Counted from the first letter of the stretch, positions 1-9,158 are shown. The stretch: 64,000 nucleotides of DNA from an uncultured virus (IMG/VR IMGVR_UViG_3300006120_000020) (IMGVR_UViG_3300006120_000020), one strand, 5' to 3'. Translations and numbers: made by a program. Notes: a model not told the origin generated them from the sequence alone.

Positions 1-1
1 T

Positions 2-211
2 GCTGAAAAGGTACTGAAGGCCAACACAAAACAATTGGCCGCAGATGGTTGGCCTATTAATTACAGCCAATTCGTCATTATTAATGAAAATGAAGACAAG
101 TACTACTCTGGTATACAACAATTTGTAGACAGCCAATCAGAATTGTATGACATTGAGCACTGGCTCATCGAGTTAGAAATTGTCGAACTGGCCATGGCCA
201 TCATAGAATGA
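2..211 (+). CDS. partial hypothetical protein (5' truncated by window edge)
   Basis: open frame from the window start to TGA at 209-211. Confidence 0.4.
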   Translation, partial: AEKVLKANTKQLAADGWPINYSQFVIINENEDKYYSGIQQFVDSQSELYDIEHWLIELEIVELAMAIIE

Positions 212-236
212 CCCAGTAGAATGGTATAGTATTGCT

Positions 237-264
237 TGCCATTCTTGGCCAATCTTGTTATACT
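237..264 (+). promoter_or_regulatory. sigma70-like early promoter
   Basis: TTGCCA...TG.TATACT upstream of AGGAG and ATG 290. Confidence 0.55.
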
Positions 265-289
265 TGCTCCAACAAATCAGGAGAACACC

Positions 290-484
290 ATGAAAACTGT
301 AACCATACAATATTTTGGCAAGGCCTATTCTTACCCTTTATTGACGGCAGAGGACATTGGTGTAGATAGAATTGTTCGGACTTTCAATTTTGAATTCAGT
401 GAGCAAGGCTATGAGCAATGTTATAATGAGTCCAAGCGCTTTCACTTCGTCACAACCAAGGAAGAACTGGCAAATATATCTTGA
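290..484 (+). CDS. hypothetical protein
   Basis: ORF with AGGAG RBS before ATG 290. Confidence 0.6.
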   Translation: MKTVTIQYFGKAYSYPLLTAEDIGVDRIVRTFNFEFSEQGYEQCYNESKRFHFVTTKEELANIS

Positions 485-573
485 CCGGATTGGTTGTAAT
501 AAAAAAGTTTACAGTTGCCAAAACCAGCAAAATCCATTACAATTCATCCATGAAATTTGAAAAGGAAACCAAA

Positions 574-918
574 ATGAAAGCAGAATTCGCTCTTCTCCCC
601 ATCCGTCTCCAATCCGCCATGCTCAAGGAGCTCCGTGCGATCCATGCTCAATCCCGTGCTGACTTGAAAGCTGGCAAGGAATTGCTAAAGGCTGACCGTG
701 CAGCTGCCAAGGCTGCTAAGGTTGCCGCTCAGGTTGAGAAAGCACAAGCACGCCTCCAGAAGTTGCTGGAAAAACAAGCTGCACCGGTTGGTGCCAAGGC
801 ACTGAAGGCAAACCGCAAACCATCCAAGGTAACCACCTTCGGTGCAGAGGACAATGCCATTGCTGCTGCCATCATTGCTCGCAAGACCGCCAACATTGCT
901 GCCATCCGTCAGGCTTAA
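574..918 (+). CDS. Ala/Lys-rich hypothetical protein
   Basis: AAGGA RBS; TTGCCA-17-TACAAT promoter upstream; biased codon usage. Confidence 0.7.
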   Translation: MKAEFALLPIRLQSAMLKELRAIHAQSRADLKAGKELLKADRAAAKAAKVAAQVEKAQARLQKLLEKQAAPVGAKALKANRKPSKVTTFGAEDNAIAAAIIARKTANIAAIRQA

Positions 919-1021
919 GGAAAAGCAACCGCATAATGATCCACCGGAGTGGTCAACTATTGGTTGCCATTCCTTCTGGTTGTGGTATAATTGATCCAAC
1001 AAAACAAACCAAGGAAGCAAA

Positions 1022-1663
1022 ATGAATAAAGTATCCAAAACAAGCAAGCTCGGTACCAAAAGCTGGTCCCTCCAAGCTATTGAAACCTGCCCCGGTTCGG
1101 TTGGTGCTGATGGTCAATTAGTCCCTGCTTGCTCTGGATGCTATGCCACAACCGGTTGCTATAATTTCCCAGATACCAAGGCGGTCCGTGCCGATAATAA
1201 AGCCGCATGGCAGGAGACCGACTGGGTAGAGCTCATGAAAAAAGAGCTCAAAAAGCAGACCCACTTCCGCTGGTTTGATTCCGGTGACATGTACTCCATT
1301 GGCTTGGCAGAGAAAATGTACCAAGTCATGCTGGAGACCCCTGCTACCAAGCACTGGTTGCCTACCCGTATGGCAAAATTCCCTAAATTCCAGAGCATCC
1401 TTGCCAAAATGCAAGCTCTTCCTAATGTAATGGTTCGCTTCTCCTCCGACAATGTAGACGGAACCTATACCAAAGGTTTACATGGCTCGACCATCCTGCC
1501 TGATGCTTCCATGGCAGATAGTAATACCTTTGTATGCAGCGCACCTTCTCAAGGCGGCAAGTGCTTGGATTGCCGTGCTTGCTATGACAAATCCGTTCCG
1601 GTTGTTGGCTATATCGCTCACGGTAAGAAAATGGCCAAGGTTATTCGCATTGCTTCAGTATAA
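1022..1663 (+). CDS. GP88-family (radical-SAM-like, Cys-rich) phage protein
   Basis: TCPG..CSGCYA, FRWFDSGD and C-terminal CxxCRACY motifs; TTGCCA..TATAAT promoter upstream. Confidence 0.75.
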   Translation: MNKVSKTSKLGTKSWSLQAIETCPGSVGADGQLVPACSGCYATTGCYNFPDTKAVRADNKAAWQETDWVELMKKELKKQTHFRWFDSGDMYSIGLAEKMYQVMLETPATKHWLPTRMAKFPKFQSILAKMQALPNVMVRFSSDNVDGTYTKGLHGSTILPDASMADSNTFVCSAPSQGGKCLDCRACYDKSVPVVGYIAHGKKMAKVIRIASV

Positions 1664-1674
1664 AGGAAAACAAA

Positions 1675-1776
1675 ATGATTGATTTTTTGAATCGCTATGA
1701 GACTTTGGTTCTCAAATTTATTATCGTGGCTTGCGTGGTTGTAGTGCTCTTGGACTTGGTGTACTGGCGGCCGTAG
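1675..1776 (+). CDS. small membrane protein (33 aa, ends LDLVYWRP)
   Basis: AAGGA RBS, one TM helix; not in ORF track. Confidence 0.55.
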   Translation: MIDFLNRYETLVLKFIIVACVVVVLLDLVYWRP

Positions 1777-1965
1777 GGCTTTGGGTATGCTCAGCGGCAG
1801 CGGTAGCGGCTTGCCATGGCGCTTGTGGTAAGGCCATGGGTAAGCGTTATGGCTAAAAAAAGCTCTCCCCAGGTCAAACTAATTATTTCAAATTTTTATT
1901 TTCTCGGCCGGAATCAGAAGGTTTCAAAATTTTCCCAGGAGCCCCAGATACCCCCAGAGCTCGCT

Positions 1966-2196
1966 TCAGAAAATTTTTTTCTCGGAACAAAGTTCCCTCA
2001 GGAGGTCCTCACAGATTCCAGAGCGTTTCAGTATTTCTTCAACTTGAGCCTGCGTATACATTCCCACATGGCTCCAGACTTCCTTTTCCGGACCCTTAGG
2101 CCAGACAGCCAAAACGTCATATGTTCCCGTAAGATAACCTGACAGGTTCGTGTCTTTGGTCCATCCGATGGGTTTCACATAATCAGTTATTTTCAT
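1966..2196 (-). CDS. hypothetical protein
   Basis: last ORF of the minus-strand small-gene run. Confidence 0.5.
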   Translation of the reverse strand: MKITDYVKPIGWTKDTNLSGYLTGTYDVLAVWPKGPEKEVWSHVGMYTQAQVEEILKRSGICEDLLRELCSEKKIF

Positions 2197-2202
2197 CTTG
2201 TG

Positions 2203-2391
2203 TCATTTTTCTTCATTCTTCAAAATTGAAACCATAGCATCAGTTTTATCTTTAGGTCCCAGCATTTTCTCTATTGTATCACATTGGTCTTTTCTAATGG
2301 CAAATGCAAACCTACGGATCGCCGGTGTAACTTCTTTGATACCAGATTCTCTGGCCAATCGGTCAATTCTATCAAATAATCGTTCGTTCAT
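2203..2391 (-). CDS. hypothetical protein (MNER-type paralog)
   Basis: ATGA overlap with the upstream gene; MNER start. Confidence 0.65.
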   Translation of the reverse strand: MNERLFDRIDRLARESGIKEVTPAIRRFAFAIRKDQCDTIEKMLGPKDKTDAMVSILKNEEK

Positions 2392-2606
2392 TCTTCAACT
2401 CCGAAATGTTTCTTTAATTCAAGTGAATACATCTGTAGCATACGGTCGATATAAAATCGTGTACCGTCACCTGTATAATAATGACCGTCACCTGCAAAAT
2501 CAGCTGGAGCTATTAAACCTACTTTTTCAGCAAGTTCTTTGAACTCTTTGTCCAGGTAAGGTTTGTCCTGTTCAGCAAGTTGTCGAAATTTGTTAACATC
2601 GTTCAT
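2388..2606 (-). CDS. hypothetical protein, KHFGVEE paralog family
   Basis: C-terminus KKHFGVEE. Confidence 0.7.
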   Translation of the reverse strand: MNDVNKFRQLAEQDKPYLDKEFKELAEKVGLIAPADFAGDGHYYTGDGTRFYIDRMLQMYSLELKKHFGVEE

Positions 2607-2869
2607 TCTTCAACTCCGAAATGTTTCTTGGCCACTGCTACACCTTCATCAACATCAGTATAGTGTAACACAATATTGGTACATTCTCGCACAATCAACT
2701 CGGCGAACTTTTCACTAAAGCCATGCGGAATGATACCAATTCCTGCTTGTTTTGCTTTTTGAGCAAGTTCATTACGCTTTGCGGTTGACAATGTATCTGT
2801 TACAGGTTCCATTTCCGACAGGTATTCATTGGAAGCCTGTACAGCAAGTTCTTTAATTCGTTCATTCAT
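2603..2869 (-). CDS. hypothetical protein, MNERIKELA..KHFGVEE paralog family
   Basis: EKFAELIVREC and KHFGVEE motifs. Confidence 0.75.
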   Translation of the reverse strand: MNERIKELAVQASNEYLSEMEPVTDTLSTAKRNELAQKAKQAGIGIIPHGFSEKFAELIVRECTNIVLHYTDVDEGVAVAKKHFGVEE

Positions 2870-3078
2870 TTTAACAGTCTTTCAAAGATTGGTAACACTC
2901 TACGCACGACTTTTTTAAAACGAATTTTTCGTGTGATGTAGTCGGGCCAAATCCCTCGCATATTGTAACGCTGATGATTATGTCGGTCTGCGTATGCGTT
3001 GGCTGCGTGAATAGGTGTGCGGTAAGTCTTGCCATTGAGCAAAACCGCTTTGACTAAAGCTACCTCAGTTGCTTTCAT
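2866..3078 (-). CDS. hypothetical protein
   Basis: ORF with overlapping start/stop on both sides. Confidence 0.6.
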   Translation of the reverse strand: MKATEVALVKAVLLNGKTYRTPIHAANAYADRHNHQRYNMRGIWPDYITRKIRFKKVVRRVLPIFERLLK

Positions 3079-3281
3079 TCTTCAACTCCGAAATGTTTTT
3101 TAACATCATCGCTGATTCGGATAACATCGTCATCACCGACACCGTTGGGCTGATTGATTACATTTAGACAGTCTCGCACAAGCAATTCGGCGAAATTTTC
3201 TACAAATTCATCAGGAATTTCATATTCACAAGTAATTGGTAGTGCTGCCTGTCGAGCAAGCTCTTTAATTAGTCCGTTCAT
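3075..3281 (-). CDS. hypothetical protein, KHFGVEE paralog family
   Basis: ENFAELLVRDC, KHFGVEE. Confidence 0.75.
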   Translation of the reverse strand: MNGLIKELARQAALPITCEYEIPDEFVENFAELLVRDCLNVINQPNGVGDDDVIRISDDVKKHFGVEE

Positions 3282-3511
3282 TATTCAACTCCAAAATGTT
3301 GCCTGATTGCTTTTTCAAACTGTTCAGATGGTTTGTAGGGCAACACAATAGGATCATATGTTGACTGTGCTTTACATACTTCGGCACATTCCCGAATAAG
3401 CAACTCGGCGAACTTTTCAATGCACTCTCGGGCATAATCATCCAGTTCATCCCAGCACCCTTGTGCAGTCAAGCCCGATTGGTACAAGCAATGTTCAATT
3501 TGTTCGTTCAT
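3281..3511 (-). CDS. hypothetical protein, KHFGVEE paralog family
   Basis: EKFAELLIREC, QHFGVE. Confidence 0.75.
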   Translation of the reverse strand: MNEQIEHCLYQSGLTAQGCWDELDDYARECIEKFAELLIRECAEVCKAQSTYDPIVLPYKPSEQFEKAIRQHFGVE

Positions 3512-3530
3512 CGATTATCCTGTTGTCTGT

Positions 3531-3719
3531 TTATTTGATTTTGATAGTTTCTTTTTTGCGTTGTTTTGTTTTGGGATCAAAACAATCCAAAGTAAGCCCT
3601 TGTTTCAGTAGATTTTCAAATTGTCTACCTACATTAGAACAGTGTGAGCATAAAGGAATTCCAATCGAAACTTTTTTCATTTCACACCCACAATTGATAC
3701 AATTAACTTGTTCGTTCAT
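3531..3719 (-). CDS. Zn-ribbon hypothetical protein
   Basis: CxxC...CxxC. Confidence 0.6.
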   Translation of the reverse strand: MNEQVNCINCGCEMKKVSIGIPLCSHCSNVGRQFENLLKQGLTLDCFDPKTKQRKKETIKIK

Positions 3720-3780
3720 TTTAGAAAATCATTTTATTTTAGGGGCGCTTCCCTTCCGGAGGGGCGGGGAAACGCAAAGG

Positions 3781-3915
3781 TTATTTGGAATGGAAATAGA
3801 GGTAGAGATTTACGTAGTATTGAAACTCACGAGGACTATGGTCTGGATCAGGAAGCTTGTCTCCATAAATCTCTACCATTCTTTGGTAGTGGTGTAAAAT
3901 GTCTTGGTCTGTCAT
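3781..3915 (-). CDS. small hypothetical protein (44 aa, MTDQDILHHYQRMVEIYGDKLPDP..)
   Basis: GAGG RBS, open frame; not in ORF track. Confidence 0.55.
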   Translation of the reverse strand: MTDQDILHHYQRMVEIYGDKLPDPDHSPREFQYYVNLYLYFHSK

Positions 3916-4004
3916 GTAAGTGCCTCTTAACTAGATTATAAACGACCTAAGACGGATATATATTAGTACAAACACTAATATCGTAAATACTCAAAAGGTC
4001 AATC

Positions 4005-4166
4005 ATGCTAAAATTCTTTTCTTCAATTACAAAATTTTTGAAAGCAGTTAGAATGGCGGAATTGGATGCATACATCACAGCACGTAACCCACAATCAGAA
4101 GCTGACGTGGAACGTTTCATCCGTGAATATGATCGTAAACAACGCCACCTAAGCAGAATGTTTTAA
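4005..4166 (+). CDS. small DUF3563-like protein (53 aa)
   Basis: ELDAYITARNPQSEADVERFIREYD; TAAATA late-type motif and AAGG upstream. Confidence 0.55.
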   Translation: MLKFFSSITKFLKAVRMAELDAYITARNPQSEADVERFIREYDRKQRHLSRMF

Positions 4167-4603
4167 TAATTCAAAGTCTCGTGGATTACCACGGCATTTG
4201 GTTTAGTTAAAGCACTTGCACGGCGCATTTTATATTCCTCATTGTCAACATCAAGCAACTTCACATTCTTCATGGTGGGTTGCGTTTTGGTGTCGGTAGG
4301 ACCTTGGTTCCATAAACTACGGCACTGGTCACGAGAATATTCTGCTACCTCAATACAGTCCTTCATAAAGGCTTGTTGTTCGTCAAAGACTTCTTCCTGT
4401 TTGGTAGAATCTTTGGCTTGTTCGGCATTTGTCGCATTTGGGGGTTCATAGAACAACAATGCAGCTGCCACAATGATGGCACCTGGAATGATGTACTGAG
4501 CAAACATGCCGATAATACCAACTAGAATACAAACGGATACACCAAGAATCAAAACTTCGTGGGTAATGCCAATTGAAGATAGAGCTGTCATTCCTGCGGA
4601 CAT
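4163..4603 (-). CDS. membrane hypothetical protein
   Basis: two N-terminal TM segments. Confidence 0.7.
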   Translation of the reverse strand: MSAGMTALSSIGITHEVLILGVSVCILVGIIGMFAQYIIPGAIIVAAALLFYEPPNATNAEQAKDSTKQEEVFDEQQAFMKDCIEVAEYSRDQCRSLWNQGPTDTKTQPTMKNVKLLDVDNEEYKMRRASALTKPNAVVIHETLNY

Positions 4604-4612
4604 AATATCACC

Positions 4613-4882
4613 TTATTGATTAGCTAAAGTAGGACCGTAAACTTCACAGTTAACGGCTACGGGAATCAAAATAGTACCGTGGTCAGTTTTTTGTGGTACT
4701 GATTGGATATAAGGTTTCATGTGTGAATTGATACACTCACGAGCAGCCTGAATAACCTCAGTACGATCCATTTCCTTGACTTCAAGGTTAGGATTGATTT
4801 TAGAAGGCTGAGCAGTTTGTGGTGGTGCAACTGAAGAACAGGCAGCCAGAGCGATAACGGGAATCAAGATCAAAAGTTTCAT
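4613..4882 (-). CDS. putative lipoprotein
   Basis: MKLLILIPVIALAAC lipobox, GGAG RBS, own promoter. Confidence 0.7.
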   Translation of the reverse strand: MKLLILIPVIALAACSSVAPPQTAQPSKINPNLEVKEMDRTEVIQAARECINSHMKPYIQSVPQKTDHGTILIPVAVNCEVYGPTLANQ

Positions 4883-4907
4883 AATAAACTCCAAAGAAGA
4901 TAACTCT

Positions 4908-4958
4908 ATTATATCACTCGGATGGACTTTGGCAATCATTTTGTTGTTTCTGGACAAC
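4908..4958 (-). promoter_or_regulatory. early promoter with upstream GTTGT-N6-ACAAC palindrome
   Basis: TTGCCA..TATAAT plus palindrome 4943-4958. Confidence 0.7.
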
Positions 4959-5231
4959 ATTAGACCAAAGTTTTAGTTTTTCACGTTTCTTAATTCTGGC
5001 ACCGTTGATATTGGAATCCGACAGGACACAATTCTCTATTAGAATGTCAATCATACAAAGAAGGTCACCAATTTCTTCTTCCAGTCTTTCACGGTTTGTT
5101 TTGTCGTTGTATGCCGTATTCAAACCAAACCGAAAGACCTTGGACGTAGCTTGAACAACTTCCGCACACTCCTCTTGGAGGATACGGAGTGCCTCATCAT
5201 TACCATTTAAATCTTGTAACATATTAACCAT
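4914..5231 (-). CDS. MazG-like nucleotide pyrophosphohydrolase
   Basis: EECAEV...LEEEIGDL motif. Confidence 0.75.
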   Translation of the reverse strand: MVNMLQDLNGNDEALRILQEECAEVVQATSKVFRFGLNTAYNDKTNRERLEEEIGDLLCMIDILIENCVLSDSNINGARIKKREKLKLWSNVVQKQQNDCQSPSE

Positions 5232-5415
5232 TCAATAATTGTTTACTGGTGGTTCCATGTGAATCAGCAAAAAGTATGGCTTCTTGTTCAGACAGGAACG
5301 GAATCGACCTTGTAAGAACACCGTTTTGACGGCATTCTACATGAAACATGTTGTTCACTTTTACCACTGTGTAGTGGTTTTCATGGTGAACATAGTTGGC
5401 AATGGTTTCTTTCAT
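5224..5415 (-). CDS. hypothetical protein
   Basis: AGGAG RBS. Confidence 0.65.
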   Translation of the reverse strand: MKETIANYVHHENHYTVVKVNNMFHVECRQNGVLTRSIPFLSEQEAILFADSHGTTSKQLLNG

Positions 5416-5424
5416 TTTTTCTCC

Positions 5425-7575
5425 TTATGCAATTAAGTTAATAAAGCGATTCAACACCACACGAGATTCGAGACGGTTTTTGTTGAACTTCTTGAATGAC
5501 GAAACAATGCTTCGAGCTGTGTTGTTTTTTACTTCAACATCTTCAAAGTCAATAGAATCGGCAGTAATAGAATCGTCACGTAGTAGGTAGTACTCATCAA
5601 AGCCATGAGTTTCTAACACAACGTGTTTTTCGTTACGGAACTGGTTTTTCGTTTCTTCATAGTTTTTAGAACCGACTGAACCGTTACCGTAGAATCTGTA
5701 AGCTCGATCAATGTGTCGTGGAGAAACAAGGTAGAAACCAATGACGTTACAATTTGTTTTCCGTTTCAACATACAAATCAAAGTTTGTGTTTTTGCAATA
5801 CCACGATTGTAGTTGGCTTTTTGCAGTTCAACCTTTTCTTCAATTCGAGATTTTGGATCACGGAACACAATATCTGATCCACCAAATGGACGAGGATATA
5901 GACGGTCTGTGTTCTTTTCATAAATGCTGTCATTAGAATTACTTTCACCGTCAGTCAAAATAACGGTGTTAACAATTTGAAGTTTGTACTTTTGTTGGAA
6001 TTCAGGAACAATCTTCATCGCAGCAATGATTGCTTCATTCAAAGGAGTACCAGACATGTCCATGACACGACCAACAATATAGTATGGATTTTTGTGTGAG
6101 AAACAAGAAGCCATAAATTTGAATTGTGCGGCATTCATGCGGCTTGAAAAGATGTTGTAAAGAGTAAATTGACCAATTTCTAGGTCACCTTCTTTAGGTA
6201 CAGCTGTTATTGGCAAATAACTATGTTCGATATTGCCATCACCAAAAGCATATACTTCGTAAGGAATGTTTACCTTCTTACAGAAAAGAACCAGTGCAAG
6301 TAATTGCTTACAAGTATTTTCAATATTGTTTCGCATAGAACCTGACCAGTCAAGGAACAATACCAAGCCGTGTGATTTACCATCAGGCATCACCGTGATT
6401 TTCTTGAAAATGTCTTCGCTGAATTTGTATGAGTAAATTTTAGACATGTTCAATTCTCCAGTTTTGGAGGTTTGAGCACGTTTCATCTGGTCAGCGTTCT
6501 TACGCAATTCAAATTCTTTGACAAGATAAGAAACCATGCGGTTCAAATCTTTGCGGTATTCCATGTAACTCGTTGCACCAATCTTGAAGAAAGCCTTTGC
6601 CGAATCATTTGAATTTATACTCTCTTGAAGTTTACTGTGCAAATCATCAAACGGCATGATGGTTTTTGACAAGACAACTTCTGGAATGTTTACATACTTA
6701 ATTTCACGGTAATTGCTTTCTTCAAACAATTGCTTTTCGTTGAACTTGTAAGCTTCGTCAGTCTTGGATTGGATGTGGTCCAAGATTTCTTCTTCTGTAG
6801 GTTCTTTTTCTTCTTCAACTTGAGCACCAGAATCTGGAGTGGTAGATTTTTCTTCGGTGTTTTCACCATCTTCTTCTGAAGCTTGAGTTTTTTCCTGAGT
6901 TTGATTATCTTCAGGTTCATCTTCTTCTGGATTAGGAGAACCTTGAGGTTGTTCTGATTCTTCCAATTCATCGTCAACGGAAGGTGGAACTACAACTTTG
7001 ATGGTACGCAATTCTTCTTTGGCTGATGCTTTCATAAAGCCAACGATTTTGTTGGTGACTTCTACCACATCTTCAAATGTTTCGGCAGATTCCATCATCT
7101 CCAAATAAACTTCTTCTTCATCGGTAAATTCGATGCCTTGGTCAGGACCACCCTTGAAGTACAAGTTAGCACGGTCAATGAAATTGAATTCGTTGATATC
7201 TTTTTCTTTTGTGCCAAAGAAGTCACGTTCAATCAAATCTTTGTATGACTTGATAAATGAGTTTTTGAGACCAGGGTACTTGTATTTGATTTTGCGTTCG
7301 ATACGTACATCTTCAACGCAATTTAGAATAGAAGCTACAGTCTTTTTGGCGGCTTCTCGATATTTTTCAACGGGTGTATAACGTGCATGACCGACTTCGT
7401 GGCCAATAAAGTGGTCGTAGTTGTACGATTCGAGGTCGGATTTTAAGATTGGAAGACACAGCACACGGTTCTTCAAATCAAAGTATGCGGTTGAAACTTT
7501 ACGTTGTTCAACCATAATGTCCTCAGTAGCCATGAGCTTTGCCAACAGGGACTTGGAATCTAACAGTTTTGACAT
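5425..7575 (-). CDS. CobT-like metallopeptidase / vWA domain protein
   Basis: HEVGH, EDVRIE, acidic linker, DWSGS and TDGE MIDAS motifs. Confidence 0.85.
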   Translation of the reverse strand: MSKLLDSKSLLAKLMATEDIMVEQRKVSTAYFDLKNRVLCLPILKSDLESYNYDHFIGHEVGHARYTPVEKYREAAKKTVASILNCVEDVRIERKIKYKYPGLKNSFIKSYKDLIERDFFGTKEKDINEFNFIDRANLYFKGGPDQGIEFTDEEEVYLEMMESAETFEDVVEVTNKIVGFMKASAKEELRTIKVVVPPSVDDELEESEQPQGSPNPEEDEPEDNQTQEKTQASEEDGENTEEKSTTPDSGAQVEEEKEPTEEEILDHIQSKTDEAYKFNEKQLFEESNYREIKYVNIPEVVLSKTIMPFDDLHSKLQESINSNDSAKAFFKIGATSYMEYRKDLNRMVSYLVKEFELRKNADQMKRAQTSKTGELNMSKIYSYKFSEDIFKKITVMPDGKSHGLVLFLDWSGSMRNNIENTCKQLLALVLFCKKVNIPYEVYAFGDGNIEHSYLPITAVPKEGDLEIGQFTLYNIFSSRMNAAQFKFMASCFSHKNPYYIVGRVMDMSGTPLNEAIIAAMKIVPEFQQKYKLQIVNTVILTDGESNSNDSIYEKNTDRLYPRPFGGSDIVFRDPKSRIEEKVELQKANYNRGIAKTQTLICMLKRKTNCNVIGFYLVSPRHIDRAYRFYGNGSVGSKNYEETKNQFRNEKHVVLETHGFDEYYLLRDDSITADSIDFEDVEVKNNTARSIVSSFKKFNKNRLESRVVLNRFINLIA

Positions 7576-7598
7576 TCTATCTCCTAAACAATGTTGTT

Positions 7599-7650
7599 AT
7601 TGTATCACAGTAGATTTGATGTGTCAATTTACTTGTTGTATTTACGCAAC
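7599..7650 (-). promoter_or_regulatory. early promoter with palindromic upstream site
   Basis: TTGACA-17-TACAAT; GTTGTATTTACGCAAC at 7635-7650. Confidence 0.75.
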
Positions 7651-8285
7651 AATTTACGGAAACGCTTAATCAAAGGCTCTAATTTAGCATATTCTACGTA
7701 AAATGTGTCATTAAATTCTCTTTTATTAGTTGCGGCCATCCATGCCACGGTTTCGTCATCGATTACGTCATCAGCATAACCCAATTCCTTCAGGTCATGT
7801 ACAAATTGTTTGTATTCATCGGGATAAGTTGTCTCAAAAATATGCAACAAATTATTGGCTTCTGCAATGTATTCAGGATTTAGATAATAATATGCATGTG
7901 ACATTTCATGTTCTAATGTTCCTTTGTCACCTTTCATCGCACCAATGACATAATACGGTGTCTTGCGATCCAAATCAAGTAAAGAATCTATCAAAGCATT
8001 TTCTTGCTTTGTAAAACCACCTAAAGATTGTTCGGAAATCCATCTATTGAAAAGTTCATCAGGTACATTGAAGCCATCCCAATCAGAAAAGTATTCAATA
8101 ACGCCGTCATCAGTCATCATTGCTTCTAAAAATTCCATAACACTGAAACTTTTACGGAATAATTCTGGTTTTTGTGATTCGTAGTATTCTTGGACTCGAA
8201 AAAAAGTCAATGTGAGCTCCTTTTTTGTGTCGGCAAACAAACGGACAATATTTCCGTGTTCTGTTGCAAGTACTTCCGTTCTCAT
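7629..8285 (-). CDS. hypothetical protein with HExxH motif
   Basis: LEHEMSHA...DETVAW. Confidence 0.7.
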   Translation of the reverse strand: MRTEVLATEHGNIVRLFADTKKELTLTFFRVQEYYESQKPELFRKSFSVMEFLEAMMTDDGVIEYFSDWDGFNVPDELFNRWISEQSLGGFTKQENALIDSLLDLDRKTPYYVIGAMKGDKGTLEHEMSHAYYYLNPEYIAEANNLLHIFETTYPDEYKQFVHDLKELGYADDVIDDETVAWMAATNKREFNDTFYVEYAKLEPLIKRFRKLLRKYNK

Positions 8286-8545
8286 TTCACTTCCCTCACG
8301 TAAATTTTGCCGTCTTTGGCTTCCATATCAAGCTTTGTGCCTTCTTTCCAGCCATTCAACATCATGAGCTCATCAGGAAAATTCAAAATTGCATCGCCGG
8401 TGCCATCATTTGTTTCTTCAACATCAAGAATCCACGAGTTATTCTTCAAATTTTCGTATTTTTCTTGATCGTGCTCGAATCTGGACATGACAATGCACTT
8501 TCGCATCGCTGCATTGAGCTCGGAAAAGTCATATTTTTCACTCAT
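8282..8545 (-). CDS. AbrB/MazE-like DNA-binding domain protein
   Basis: ILNFPDELMMLNGWKEGTKLDMEAKDGKIYV pattern. Confidence 0.6.
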   Translation of the reverse strand: MSEKYDFSELNAAMRKCIVMSRFEHDQEKYENLKNNSWILDVEETNDGTGDAILNFPDELMMLNGWKEGTKLDMEAKDGKIYVREVK

Positions 8546-8678
8546 AATGAGTTCCTTTGTGTGGATGCTTCGCTCTACGAGCATATTTTGTTGAAATTTT
8601 GTGTTTTTCCACCGGTTTTATCGGTGTACGACAAACCGGTTTTGGAATTTTCACGGTGAATGACATTTTTTTAGCCAT
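8538..8678 (-). CDS. small basic protein (46 aa)
   Basis: MAKKMSF..KYARRAKHPHK; not in ORF track. Confidence 0.5.
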   Translation of the reverse strand: MAKKMSFTVKIPKPVCRTPIKPVEKHKISTKYARRAKHPHKGTHYE

Positions 8679-8680
8679 TT

Positions 8681-8812
8681 TTATCTCACTACGAATGTTT
8701 TTTTACCTTTGAATGACTTTTTGAGCAATTTTATGTAAAGTCTTTTTTCTTTTTCGAGTTTTCCTTCACGAACTGCTCTGTAAAGTCTTTTTACCAGTTT
8801 TCTTACTTTCAT
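8681..8812 (-). CDS. small basic protein (43 aa)
   Basis: MKVRKLVKRLY..; fills the gap in the gene run. Confidence 0.5.
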   Translation of the reverse strand: MKVRKLVKRLYRAVREGKLEKEKRLYIKLLKKSFKGKKTFVVR

Positions 8813-8813
8813 T

Positions 8814-9158
8814 TTAACGCCTCATGCTTGAAATTTCTACAGCTTCTTCACTGTTAAACACAGGTACAGCGTTTGATTTGTGCATTGTTGCAATGCCCAT
8901 GACTTTTGTGCCAGTGTAAACTTTTGATTCTGCTTTGGTCGCTACTGCGGGTACAGTAACACGGGAAGGATAACGCACGGTTTCACGACCGGGTGGTGCT
9001 GAACCGGGTCCGAGACTATATGTAGGCTTGAACTTGGTAATTTTCTTAGGCTTGGGTGCAATGGCTTCGATTGATTTTAACCAAAGCTCATTTCGCAACT
9101 GGTCAGCTTTGCTGACTTTGCGTTTTTTAGACTTACCGAGGTTGCCGTGTATAATCAT
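8814..9158 (-). CDS. conserved T4-like phage hypothetical protein
   Basis: YTGTKVMGIATMHKSNAVPVF motif; AAGGAG RBS. Confidence 0.75.
   Translation of the reverse strand: MIIHGNLGKSKKRKVSKADQLRNELWLKSIEAIAPKPKKITKFKPTYSLGPGSAPPGRETVRYPSRVTVPAVATKAESKVYTGTKVMGIATMHKSNAVPVFNSEEAVEISSMRR

Larger units (their letters stand above)
2384..3300. repeat. dispersed 25-31 bp direct repeats at the 3' ends of paralogs
   Basis: TTCATTCTTCAACTCCGAAATGTTT at ~2387, 2602 and 3074; degenerate copy at ~3277. Confidence 0.85.

Noticed and set aside
3801..3877. 12-bp inverted repeat GGTAGAGATTTA/TAAATCTCTACC as an ncRNA
   Set aside because: It lies inside a plausible 44-aa ORF (3781-3915) and has no independent support.
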